Shown here piece after piece: positions 43,822 to 53,109 of a stretch of DNA of 64,000 nucleotides; the first letter of the stretch is position 1, and every line of letters begins with the position of its first letter. The translations under genes and the position numbers were made by a program. Source of the stretch: Bradymonadia bacterium (GTDB lineage Bacteria > Myxococcota_A > Bradymonadia > UBA7976 > UBA1532); the NCBI GenBank assembly GCA_046290225.1, contig JBKAGE010000042.1, positions 32,001 to 96,000 of the forward strand. Direction: 5' to 3'. Below the pieces are notes generated by a model. The model was not told where the DNA came from. It ran no database searches and saw nothing but the letters and a program-made list of their open reading frames with translations.

Positions 43822-44964
43822 CTAGATTTCGAGGCCCCAGCGGCAGATGATCTCGTTCATCACCTCTGTGGTCCCACCCCCGATGGCCAACAACCGGGCG
43901 TCACGGCTGAGGCGCTCCACCCGTGACTCTCGCATGTAGCCCAGGCCTCCGAGCACCTGCACCGCGCCGTAAGTCACCTGCTCCGCCACCTCCGCAGCGA
44001 AATTCTTCGCCATGCTCACCTCTGCAGGTGACGCCTCTCCAGCGAGGGCTTGTTGAGCCAGCACGTAGTTGAAGCGCTTGCACGCCGCCACTTGAGTGGC
44101 CATGCGGGCCAGGCGGTGTCGGATGGCCTGCATCTTCGCCAGGGGTTTACCGAAGGCCGTGCGCTCTTTGGCGTAGGCCACCGCGTCTTCCAGGGCCACC
44201 TCCGCCGTGGCGTGACCGTAGAAGGCCAGCGCCAGCCGCTCGCTCTGGAAGTTCTGCATCAGGGCCACGAAGCCTGACCCCTCGGGGCCTACGCGGTTGG
44301 CCACCGGCACCCGCACCCCGTCGAAGCTCAGCTCAGCCGTATCGCTCGCCCGCCAGCCCGTCTTCTTGAGCGCACGAGAAGCCGTGAAGCCCGGCATCCC
44401 CTTCTCCACCACGAAGAACGTCAGCCCACCGTGGGGATCAGGCCCGGTGCGGGCGAGGGTCATCACGATGTCGGCCCGCATGCCGCTGGTGATGTAGAGC
44501 TTCGCCCCATCGAGCACATAATGATCGCCATCGCGCACCGCCCGGGTCTGCACCCCGGACACGTCGCTCCCAGCGCCGGGCTCCGTGATGGCCAGAGCCG
44601 CGATGTGCTCCCCCCTCAGCACCGGAGGGATGAAGCGCTGCTTCTGCGACTCGTCGCCGAGGATGTAGAGGGGCGGCAGGGCGATGTTGAGCGAGCCCAG
44701 GCCTGCCACGAGGCCCCCAGAGCCGGCCCGCATCATCTCCTCGATGAAGACCAGCTGCATGAGCTGATCCCCCCCAGACCCCCCATAGGCTTCGTCATGG
44801 CCAGCGCCGAGGATCCCGAGGGCCCCCGCCCTGTCGTACAACGCCCGGGGGAAAATCTCCGCCTCTTCCCATTCGACGATGTGCGGGGTGACCTCATCAG
44901 CAGTGAAACGGCGGATCATGGCCCGGAAGATCTCGTGGGCCTCGCTCAGGGGGATGTGGGGCAT
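43822..44964 (-). CDS. Acyl-CoA dehydrogenase
   Basis: AITEPGAGSD, GAKLYITSG, AVQVLGGLGY, IGGGTTE motifs. Confidence 0.93.
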   Translation of the reverse strand: MPHIPLSEAHEIFRAMIRRFTADEVTPHIVEWEEAEIFPRALYDRAGALGILGAGHDEAYGGSGGDQLMQLVFIEEMMRAGSGGLVAGLGSLNIALPPLYILGDESQKQRFIPPVLRGEHIAALAITEPGAGSDVSGVQTRAVRDGDHYVLDGAKLYITSGMRADIVMTLARTGPDPHGGLTFFVVEKGMPGFTASRALKKTGWRASDTAELSFDGVRVPVANRVGPEGSGFVALMQNFQSERLALAFYGHATAEVALEDAVAYAKERTAFGKPLAKMQAIRHRLARMATQVAACKRFNYVLAQQALAGEASPAEVSMAKNFAAEVAEQVTYGAVQVLGGLGYMRESRVERLSRDARLLAIGGGTTEVMNEIICRWGLEI

Positions 44965-44994
44965 GACAGGCTCTCGGGGTCGGTGGCAGACCCC

Positions 44995-45252
44995 TCAAGC
45001 GTAGTACGGATTGTCCCCCGAGGTGTGATCGGTGACGTCGATGATCTGTTTGACCCTGGGAAACGCTGCGAAGATCTCCCGCTCGACGCCCTCGCGCAAC
45101 GTGGCCGCCGCAGAGGAGCAGCCCTGACAGCCGCCGCTCATGGCCACATAGGCGATGCCGTTGGCGTAATCGACCAGCTCGATGTGACCACCGTGGGCCG
45201 CCACGGCTGGGTTCACTTTTTCGTCGAGCAGCTTTTGTATCCTGCGCCTCAT
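44995..45252 (-). CDS. NifU/NfuA C-terminal domain protein
   Basis: VNPAVAAHGG, GGCQGC, DVTDH..G.NPYY. Confidence 0.85.
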   Translation of the reverse strand: MRRRIQKLLDEKVNPAVAAHGGHIELVDYANGIAYVAMSGGCQGCSSAAATLREGVEREIFAAFPRVKQIIDVTDHTSGDNPYYA

Positions 45253-45314
45253 GGGATTGGTTCCTCGGATTCGGGCTGTGATGTGGTTAAGAAGCCCGAG
45301 GGTTTGAGAGGGTT

Positions 45315-46196
45315 TCAGTTGATGACGGGAAGAGCCAGATCGGGGTTCCGTGGTGCAGGGGCACCACCACACCCTTCGTCGGCAGCTTCGGCAGGGGTCT
45401 CGCCCTCGGCAAACGCCGCCCAGGCCTCGGCCACCTTGGTGTCGAGCAGGTGGCTGGGGCGCACATTCTGCAGCGCCGCGAGCATCACCGTACGCACATC
45501 GGGGATCTCACCCTCGAGGCGGGTGAGCAGGGCCTCGATGGACTGTCGCTTGAGGCCCGACTGGCTGCCGCACAGGTTGCAGGGCAGGATCGGGTAGCCC
45601 ACGTTCAGAGCATGCTGGGCGATGTCGCGCTCGGCGCACTCGATGAGCGGACGGATCACGTCGAAGCGCCCATCATCGGTGGTGTAGCTCGCGGGCATGG
45701 CCTGCAGCTTGCCGCTGTAGAACAAGTTCATCAGGAACGTCTGCAAGCTGTCGTCCCGGTGATGGCCCAGGGCGATCTTGTTGCACCCGAGGCGCTCTGC
45801 GGCCTCGTAGAGGATGCCCCGACGAAACCGCGAGCAGGGCGCGCAGTAGGTGCCACCTTCGGGGGTCACCGACTTCACCACCGAGTACGTGTCCTTGCGC
45901 AACAGTTCATAGGGCGCGCCGTAGGCCTCGAGCCACTCGGCGAGCGGGCGGCCGTCGTATCCGGGCTGTACCTGATCGAGATGAACCGCTACGAGATCGA
46001 AGGGCACGGGAGAGCGCTGCTTCGCCTGCCAGAGCAAGTCGAGCAGTGTGTAGCTGTCTTTGCCGCCAGAGACAGCCACCATGATCTTGTCGCCGGGGTT
46101 GATCAGCCCATAACCGGTGACGGTCCGCAGCATTTTCCGAGACAGCTTGCGACGGAGCTTCTCGGCAGCGACAGCTTCGGGGTTGGCGGTGGTCAT
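45315..46196 (-). CDS. ttcA: tRNA 2-thiocytidine(32) synthetase
   Basis: SGGKDS PP-loop, CAPCSRFRRG, GHHRDD, CNLCGSQ. Confidence 0.93.
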   Translation of the reverse strand: MTTANPEAVAAEKLRRKLSRKMLRTVTGYGLINPGDKIMVAVSGGKDSYTLLDLLWQAKQRSPVPFDLVAVHLDQVQPGYDGRPLAEWLEAYGAPYELLRKDTYSVVKSVTPEGGTYCAPCSRFRRGILYEAAERLGCNKIALGHHRDDSLQTFLMNLFYSGKLQAMPASYTTDDGRFDVIRPLIECAERDIAQHALNVGYPILPCNLCGSQSGLKRQSIEALLTRLEGEIPDVRTVMLAALQNVRPSHLLDTKVAEAWAAFAEGETPAEAADEGCGGAPAPRNPDLALPVIN

Positions 46197-46266
46197 GGCA
46201 CGTCTCCCGTCGATCAGGGCGCGACAGGGTAGCAGAATTTCACACCATGTTCAGCGCAGTGAGCGC

Positions 46267-47073
46267 TCACGGCCCGTGCCAGCGCATGCGATGTTGTTGC
46301 ACCGGGTGGCGTTCGAAGCCTGCGGCGTCGAAGAAACCCGCCCACGCCGAGATGATCTTCGGCACCACCATCCAGCGTCGGTTGGGCCACCGGGCCCACG
46401 CCGCCCGCAAGATGCGATGACCGTGACCCTGTCGCCGGGCGTCCGGGGGCACCGAGAGCCCTCTGATGCGCACCTCCTCCGCTGACGGATCGGCGAGCAC
46501 CAGGGTCGCAGGCCCCAGAGCCACAGCCATTGCAGGTGCCGACAGCGCCCCCATGTTCGCGGTGCTCAGCAGCCAAGTGGGATCCGGATCCCCATCTCGA
46601 ACGAGACGCGCAGCGGCTTCATCGAGGCTGATCTTGGTCAGCTCCGCCGCGCAGCCTTCAGGGTTGGAGATGATGTGGCCCGACAACTGGTCGACCACAG
46701 TGAACCCCGCCTTCTCGTACACCGCGATGGCTGGGGTGTTGGTGCTGATCACCTCCAGCTCGAGGGTGCCGCCCCCCTGCTTCAGGTGCTCGACGATGGC
46801 GGTGCAGATGCCCTGTCGACGCCACGGCGGAGCCACCCCCATACTGGCGATCCGCCTGAAGTCGCCCTTTCGGGCCACCATGGCCAGCGCAGCGTCAGCG
46901 TCGCCCTTGCGCACGACGACGCACTCAGATCGTTCGATGCCGTCGACCTGTATCCACATTTCGACCTGAGCCTCGGTGAGCGACAGCGGTACGACATATT
47001 GCTCGAAGCCCCGATTGAACATCCGGGTCAGCTCCACCACCGTGCGCCCCTCGGCGGTCTCGAGCTGCATCAT
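46267..47073 (-). CDS. GNAT acetyltransferase (tandem GNAT)
   Basis: VAPPWRRQGI, NTPAIAVYEKAGF, VPPDARRQGHG. Confidence 0.85.
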   Translation of the reverse strand: MMQLETAEGRTVVELTRMFNRGFEQYVVPLSLTEAQVEMWIQVDGIERSECVVVRKGDADAALAMVARKGDFRRIASMGVAPPWRRQGICTAIVEHLKQGGGTLELEVISTNTPAIAVYEKAGFTVVDQLSGHIISNPEGCAAELTKISLDEAAARLVRDGDPDPTWLLSTANMGALSAPAMAVALGPATLVLADPSAEEVRIRGLSVPPDARRQGHGHRILRAAWARWPNRRWMVVPKIISAWAGFFDAAGFERHPVQQHRMRWHGP

Positions 47074-47750
47074 TTACCCGCTTTGGCTGCTCGCCGGGCC
47101 ACCATGCGCTCGATATAGGGGATCGCCTCAGGGGTCTGACAACCTGTCTCTCCGTGATCGACCACCACAGGGCCGATCTGCTCGGCGGCGTCGATGGCAG
47201 CCTGTTGCAGTTCGGGCAACGTACCGCCGATGGCGATGAGGGTGTTGTTCATCGAGTAGCGTGTGCGGTTGCCGCTCTGATGAATCCCCGCGACGATGCG
47301 CTCGAGCAGGCCTCGGGCCTCGTCGACCTCGACCTTGCCCTTCGTCACCAGGGCCGAGTACACCGTCCAGCCCGCCGCGGCGCCGAAGTCGGCCTCTCGC
47401 TCGATCCACGACCGGGCGAAGGTCAAGGCTTCGGGTGACTTCGCCGCGAGGGCACACACCGCGTCATTGATGGGGTAGCTGTCACAGGCCGCCGACCACG
47501 CCTCGATCACCTCTGGCGAGAAGCGACGGGGCTCGACGATCTGAGTGGCGAGCACTCGGGCATCGTGATTGCCTGTTTCCCACAGCTGCATCGCCAGGGC
47601 GTCGTCGCGCCGATGCAGCTTCGTCAACGTCTTCAACGCAGCGACGCTCACCCCGAAGGTCTCGCCCTGCACACCATGTCGTCGGTAGATGGCCACAGTG
47701 CCCGGTTTCCCCGCGGCTTCCAGGGCCTGCATGACCTCGCTCAATGCCAT
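47070..47750 (-). CDS. DNA alkylation repair protein (AlkD-like HEAT)
   Basis: LWETGNHDARVLA, RYSMNN, VDHGETGC motifs. Confidence 0.85.
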   Translation of the reverse strand: MALSEVMQALEAAGKPGTVAIYRRHGVQGETFGVSVAALKTLTKLHRRDDALAMQLWETGNHDARVLATQIVEPRRFSPEVIEAWSAACDSYPINDAVCALAAKSPEALTFARSWIEREADFGAAAGWTVYSALVTKGKVEVDEARGLLERIVAGIHQSGNRTRYSMNNTLIAIGGTLPELQQAAIDAAEQIGPVVVDHGETGCQTPEAIPYIERMVARRAAKAGK

Positions 47751-47858
47751 CAGAAGTCTCCAACCGTTCAGTATTTGTGTTCAGTAGGCAGAGGATGACA
47801 CAATTACGGTCTGATCCGCTGCATTCCGCTCTGGATTCTCGACCTGGATCTCACCACA

Positions 47859-49502
47859 ATGCCGCGCATGCCCAGACACCGCCAGAGCGCTCTGCTCGAC
47901 GCCATCGCTGCCGAACTGGGGGGCACACCCAGCGCAGCGCAGGTCGACGCGCCCCAACAAGAGCACCCGCAGCCACAGTCAGCGCCCCAACAACCGGACG
48001 CTCTCCGTGGAGATGCGCCGTTCAGCACGCCTCAGGCCGGACCCCACAGCGACCCGTACGACGATCCCTCCGAAGCCACCGTGCCCGACGATCCGCCGCG
48101 GTCGGTGGGCAACGACGCCTTCTCGGTCTCCGAGCTGACCCGGCTCATCAAAGATCGCCTCGAAGGTGAGTTCGCCCAGGTCTGGCTCGAAGCCGAGGTG
48201 AGTCAATTCACCGAGGCCCGCTCGGGGCACATCTATCTGACCTTCAAGGACGCTCACGCCCGCATCGACGCCGTGGTCTGGCGCAACCTCGCCCGCACCC
48301 TCGACTTCGACATGCGGGTGGGCCTCAAGGTGCTCGCCCTGGGCAAGGTCTCGGTCTATGCCCCCCGCGGGGACTACCAGTTCATCGTCGAGAAGATCTC
48401 CGACGCCGGGGCCGGGGCCCTCGAAGCGGCGTTTCGGGCGCTGCGGGCCAAGCTGCTCGCTGAGGGTCTCTTCGACCGCGAGCGCAAACAAAGATTGCCG
48501 TTCCTGCCTCGAAAGGTGGGAGCCATCACCTCGGGCACCGGCGCCGCCCGCCGGGACATCGAGGCGGTCCTGCATCGACGCAGCCCGCAGATCCCGCTGG
48601 TGCTCTACCCGGCCAGAGTGCAGGGCGAAGGGGCCGCCGCAGACGTAGCCCGAGGCCTCGCCCGCTTGGCGAAAGAGCCCGAGGTCGACGTCATCATCGT
48701 GGGCCGGGGTGGGGGCAGCATCGAAGATCTCTGGGCCTTCAACGAAGAGGTGGTGGTCCGGGCCATTGCCGCGTGCCCGAAGCCGGTCATCAGCGCCGTG
48801 GGCCACGAGACCGACACCACCCTCTCCGATCTCGTGGCCGATCACCGGGCTGCGACTCCTTCTGCTGCGGCCGAAGCGGCGGTGCCCGTGCGCAACGACA
48901 TGCTCTTCGAACTCGACGAGCTGAGCCACCGCATGACCGCAGCCCTGGAGCGCCGCATCGAACGCCGCCGGGAGCACCTGAACTTCCTGCAACAGCGTTT
49001 GTCCCGGGCCCTCAAGGTCGACGCCCGACGCCTGGCCCTCAAGAAGCTCGAGCGCCGCCTCGAGTGGGTGATGCAGCAACGCCTCGTCACCCGAGAGCAG
49101 GCTCTGAGCCGCCTGCAACAACGCCTCGCCCGCCAACACCCGAAGGCCCGCCTCGCCCGAGCGCGGCAGACCCTCGACGTGGCCCGGGCCCGTCTGTCGG
49201 AGCTGGGCTTCGACCACGTACAGGCCGCCCGGGCAGACTTCCGGGTCTTGTTGGGCAAGCTACACACGTTGTCGCCTCTGGCCAGCCTCGGCCGGGGCTA
49301 CAGCATCACCCGGCGACCCGAGGGCCCGCCGGTGGCGAGCTACGACGATGTGCAACCTGGAGAGTCGATCCAGATCTTGTTGCGCAACGGCTGGATCGAG
49401 GCCGAGGTCACCGGCGCCGGCAAGGGCCTGCCCTCAGGGCTCGATCCAGAGTCGTCCATCCCCGACGACCTGCTTCCAGATGACGCATCTACAGACGAGT
49501 GA
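47859..49502 (+). CDS. xseA: Exodeoxyribonuclease VII large subunit
   Basis: SGHIYLTFKD, GRGGGSIEDLWAFNEE, AVGHETD, ATPSAAAE, LGRGYSI. Confidence 0.95.
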   Translation: MPRMPRHRQSALLDAIAAELGGTPSAAQVDAPQQEHPQPQSAPQQPDALRGDAPFSTPQAGPHSDPYDDPSEATVPDDPPRSVGNDAFSVSELTRLIKDRLEGEFAQVWLEAEVSQFTEARSGHIYLTFKDAHARIDAVVWRNLARTLDFDMRVGLKVLALGKVSVYAPRGDYQFIVEKISDAGAGALEAAFRALRAKLLAEGLFDRERKQRLPFLPRKVGAITSGTGAARRDIEAVLHRRSPQIPLVLYPARVQGEGAAADVARGLARLAKEPEVDVIIVGRGGGSIEDLWAFNEEVVVRAIAACPKPVISAVGHETDTTLSDLVADHRAATPSAAAEAAVPVRNDMLFELDELSHRMTAALERRIERRREHLNFLQQRLSRALKVDARRLALKKLERRLEWVMQQRLVTREQALSRLQQRLARQHPKARLARARQTLDVARARLSELGFDHVQAARADFRVLLGKLHTLSPLASLGRGYSITRRPEGPPVASYDDVQPGESIQILLRNGWIEAEVTGAGKGLPSGLDPESSIPDDLLPDDASTDE

Positions 49503-49547
49503 GGGCTCACCCGTGAGCCGAAAGTGAGGGCTCATACATGAGCCGAA
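49498..49547. repeat. Tandem 25-bp REP-like hairpin repeat
   Basis: AGTGAGGGCTCA-N4-TGAGCCGAA twice. Confidence 0.6.
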
Positions 49548-49563
49548 AGCAAAGGACGAACCC

Positions 49564-49806
49564 ATGAGCGACCAAACCACCCTGCCGATCCGGGGCCTCA
49601 ACGAAGAGCCGCCGCCCTTCGAGCACGTGATCCGAGAGCTGCAGGGGCTGGTCGATCGCCTCGAGAGCGGCAACCTGCCCCTCGACGAGGCCCTGGCCCT
49701 CTACGAGCGGGGCGTGCACCTCGCCAACCAGGGCAACACCCTGCTCGAGGGCGCCGAGCGCCGCGTCGAGGAGCTGCAGAAAGATCTCATGGGAGACGAT
49801 CTGTGA
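49564..49806 (+). CDS. xseB: Exodeoxyribonuclease VII small subunit
   Basis: LESGNLPLDEALALYERGV; follows xseA. Confidence 0.92.
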   Translation: MSDQTTLPIRGLNEEPPPFEHVIRELQGLVDRLESGNLPLDEALALYERGVHLANQGNTLLEGAERRVEELQKDLMGDDL

Positions 49807-50648
49807 AGCCCGAGCTGAAAGACCACTGGGGCCGTCTCAAGGGCCTCTTCGAGAGCGCCGTCGAGGCCCACATGGCCACCGCCTGGGCCCACTGGCCCGA
49901 GCAGCTCGCCGAGGCGAGCACCTACGCCCTCACCAGCGGCGGCAAGCGGGTGCGCCCAGTGCTCTCGCTCATGGTGGCCGAGGCCTGCGGGGCCCCCACC
50001 GATCAGGTCATGCCCTGGGCCCTCGCTGTAGAGATGATCCACAACTACAGCCTAGTCCACGACGATTTGCCCTGTATGGACGACGATGATCTCCGCCGGG
50101 GCCGTCCCACCACCCACATCAAATATGGTGAGGGCATGGCGGTCCTCGTGGGCGACGTGTTGCTCACCGAGGCCTTCGGCGTTGCCGGGCAGCTCGACAC
50201 CCCACAGGTGGGGCAGCTGATCCGGTTCCTGAGCCAATGCGCTGGCGGCCCGGGCATGGTGGGCGGCCAGGTCCTCGACATCGGCGGCCACTTCCCCGAT
50301 CTGCCCGCCCTCGAAAAGGTGCACCGCCTCAAGACCGGGGCCCTCTTCGAGGCGTCGACCCGAGGCGCCGCCATCGCCGTGGGCGCCTCACCCGAGATCG
50401 TCGAGGCCATGACCGAGTACGGCCGAGCCATCGGCCTGCTGTTCCAAATCACCGACGACATCCTCGACGCCGAGCAAGACGCCGAGGAGCCCGGCCGCAG
50501 CTACCTGCACCACCTGAGCCCCGACGAGGTGAAGGCCCACCGCGACGCCACCGCCGCCCGCACCGTGGAGATCGCCCAGCAGGCCTTCGGGGCCCGGAGC
50601 GAGGTGCTGCAGTGGGTGGTGGAGTACATCGCCCATCGCGATCTCTGA
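49803..50648 (+). CDS. ispA: Farnesyl diphosphate synthase
   Basis: GGKRVRP, HDDLPCMDDDDLRRG, FQITDDILD. Confidence 0.92.
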   Translation: MKPELKDHWGRLKGLFESAVEAHMATAWAHWPEQLAEASTYALTSGGKRVRPVLSLMVAEACGAPTDQVMPWALAVEMIHNYSLVHDDLPCMDDDDLRRGRPTTHIKYGEGMAVLVGDVLLTEAFGVAGQLDTPQVGQLIRFLSQCAGGPGMVGGQVLDIGGHFPDLPALEKVHRLKTGALFEASTRGAAIAVGASPEIVEAMTEYGRAIGLLFQITDDILDAEQDAEEPGRSYLHHLSPDEVKAHRDATAARTVEIAQQAFGARSEVLQWVVEYIAHRDL

Positions 50649-50653
50649 TCACC

Positions 50654-51403
50654 GTGCCGCCCAAGATCCCAAAAGCTCGCCTCGACGATTTGCTCGTGCA
50701 AGTGGGCCTCGCCCCTGATCTGCGCAAGGCCCGGGCCTACATCATGGCGGGGCAGGTGGTGGCCGGGGAGCGACGGGTAGATCGCGCCCACGAGAAGTTC
50801 CCTGTCGACACACCGGTGCGCCTCAAAGGGGTCAAGACTCACGGCTTCGTGGGCCGAGGGGGCCTCAAGCTCGCCGGCGCCCTCGATCACTTCCAGCTCG
50901 ACCCCACCGGTCGGGTGGGCCTCGATCTGGGCGCGAGCACTGGAGGCTTCACTGATGTGCTGCTGCAACGCGGCGCCACCAGGGTGTACGCCGTCGATGT
51001 AGGCCACAATCAGCTGCACAACAAGCTGCGGCAAGACGAGCGGGTCATCTCCCTCGAGAAGACCGACGCTCGTAATCTGAGCACTGCGCTGATCCCTGAT
51101 CCGGTGGGCGCGCTGGTGGCCGACATCTCCTTCAACAGCCTCGCCCGCATCATCGAACCGGCGGTGCAGCTGCTGGCGCCAGGGGCGTGGGCGGCGTTGT
51201 TGATCAAGCCCCAGTTCGAAGCCCGGGCCGACGAGGTGGGCGACGGCGGCATCGTGGCCGACGAGGCCCTGCACACCCGTGTCTGCGATGAGGTGAGCGA
51301 GGCGGTTCGAACGCTGGGGCTGACAGTGCTCGGGGTGGTGCCAGCAGCAATCCGTGGCGGGTACGGTAACCAGGAGTACATGCTCGGCGCAGTGAAAGCG
51401 TGA
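50654..51403 (+). CDS. tlyA: TlyA rRNA 2'-O-methyltransferase
   Basis: S4 domain, GRGGLKL, DLGASTGGFTD, LIKPQFEA, GNQEY. Confidence 0.92.
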   Translation: MPPKIPKARLDDLLVQVGLAPDLRKARAYIMAGQVVAGERRVDRAHEKFPVDTPVRLKGVKTHGFVGRGGLKLAGALDHFQLDPTGRVGLDLGASTGGFTDVLLQRGATRVYAVDVGHNQLHNKLRQDERVISLEKTDARNLSTALIPDPVGALVADISFNSLARIIEPAVQLLAPGAWAALLIKPQFEARADEVGDGGIVADEALHTRVCDEVSEAVRTLGLTVLGVVPAAIRGGYGNQEYMLGAVKA

Positions 51404-51406
51404 TGC

Positions 51407-51814
51407 ATGGCAAGCGCCGACTCCATCCATGACTTCAGTGACGAGATCCTCGTTCGATGCCCACGCTGCAAAGCCAGAGCGGTGGTCCGTGATGGCCGAT
51501 TGACGTGCAGTGCCTGCGGCCTCACCCGAACCTTTGAAGGCATCACTTACAACGAGCACCCATATGGCTCAGAGGTCGAGCTCTGGCTGAAGACGCCATG
51601 TTGCGGCCACACACTCTGGGCCTACAACACGAGACACCTCACCTTCATCGAAGCGTTCATCGGCGCCGAAAATCGCCGCAGGCAGCTCGGTCGACATGAG
51701 GAAGGGTGTTCGAACACAGCGCTTGAGAGCCGCCTACCTCAGTGGATGAAGGATCGACGCAACCGCGAGAATGTGATGCGGGGGCTCCGGCAGCTCTGGC
51801 GCAGAATGCAGTGA
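51407..51814 (+). CDS. Zn-ribbon hypothetical protein
   Basis: CPRC..CSACG, CCGHTLWAYN, RLPQWMK motifs. Confidence 0.7.
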   Translation: MASADSIHDFSDEILVRCPRCKARAVVRDGRLTCSACGLTRTFEGITYNEHPYGSEVELWLKTPCCGHTLWAYNTRHLTFIEAFIGAENRRRQLGRHEEGCSNTALESRLPQWMKDRRNRENVMRGLRQLWRRMQ

Positions 51815-52107
51815 GCACCACCACTTTCATTGGACGTCTGGATTTGCCCAACTCCACCCCCTACCGTCATACCTGGAGTGAGGGAGTCATCACATGTCTA
51901 CTCATGATATCAGCTCACAGACCGGGGCAGCGTTGATCGAGCTGCTTCAAGACAGTCCGCTCGACGATGTAGAGATGGATCATCCTCCATTCATCGGCCC
52001 CATCAGAGCCCCTGTCGACTTTGAGTCACCAGATCAATCGCCTGAGGCGCTCACACGTATGGATGATGACGCTGTTTCTGGTAATGAGGCCTGCAAATGA
52101 AACCGCC

Positions 52108-52617
52108 ATGAACCTCCACCTCGTCGACATCCAACCGGGTATGGTCGAGGCATGGCGTGAAACCTTCGCCCCTTACCCAGAAGTCTCGATTCAGTGCGCC
52201 GACATCCTCGATGTAGCCCATGGCACGCTCGTATCCCCGGCCAACAGCCATGGCTTCATGGACGGTGGCATCGATCGGCACTACCGAGACTTCTTCGGCC
52301 ACGACATCGAACGAAAGGTGCAACGCGCCATCCAGCATAGGCCAGAGGGCCTGCTCCCCGTAGGCGCCAGCCTCGTGGTGGAGACCGGGCACGCGCGCAT
52401 CACTCATCTCGTCATCGCCCCGACCATGGAGATGCCAGAGCCAGTGCCAGCGAGCCATGCCTATCGAGCTTTGCGGGCAGTGCTGCGCATCGTTGGCTCA
52501 GACCCCATTTTGGGCGCTGACACCTATTGCCCAGGGCTGTGCACGCTCACCGGCCGTGTGCCCTATGCCGAAGCAGCACGAGAGATGGCTGAGGCGTATA
52601 GAGATTGGAGCACCTAG
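52108..52617 (+). CDS. Macro domain (ADP-ribose processing) protein
   Basis: VSPANSHGFMDGGID, APTM, CPGLCTLTG. Confidence 0.88.
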   Translation: MNLHLVDIQPGMVEAWRETFAPYPEVSIQCADILDVAHGTLVSPANSHGFMDGGIDRHYRDFFGHDIERKVQRAIQHRPEGLLPVGASLVVETGHARITHLVIAPTMEMPEPVPASHAYRALRAVLRIVGSDPILGADTYCPGLCTLTGRVPYAEAAREMAEAYRDWST

Positions 52618-52619
52618 TT

Positions 52620-52922
52620 ATGGGTTGGGCCACCGCGTACATCGCCAAACTCAAAGCGGGAGAGACTGTACGCTTTCGCCCCCGTGGCGACTCGATGCAG
52701 CCCAAGATCTATTCCGGCCAGCTGTGCACCGTAGAGCCTGTCGATCCCGATGGCTTGAAGGTGGGTGACATCGTGCTCTGCAAAGTCAGAGGCAGTCAGT
52801 ACCTGCACCTGGTCAAGGCGAGGCAAGGCCAACGGTTTCAGATTGGCAACAACCGAGGGCACATCAATGGCTGGGTGGGCCCCAACGCCATTTTCGGCCG
52901 CCTGATCTCCGTCGAAGATTGA
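52620..52922 (+). CDS. Peptidase S24/S26-like small protein
   Basis: PRGDSMQP, GDIVLCKVRG, YLHLVKA, GNNRG. Confidence 0.75.
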   Translation: MGWATAYIAKLKAGETVRFRPRGDSMQPKIYSGQLCTVEPVDPDGLKVGDIVLCKVRGSQYLHLVKARQGQRFQIGNNRGHINGWVGPNAIFGRLISVED

Positions 52923-53109
52923 TCTACCTGTTGTGATCGTACTGTGAGGTCCGTCACCCATAATGGCCTATGGGGTCTCCACCCTGGACAGTCGAGTAGC
53001 CATTTAGGCGCCCATCACACCCCAGCGATCAGCGATATTCCGCCGATCTGATATCGCCTCCACATGGCATCACAATTGCTGTACCCTCCCACATCGTGCT
53101 CAGGAGTGT

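Noticed and set aside
50654..51403. Functional link between tlyA (methylates 23S H69) and the H69-like RNA
   Set aside because: tlyA is in its usual xseAB-ispA context about 8 kb away, so proximity is not evidence.
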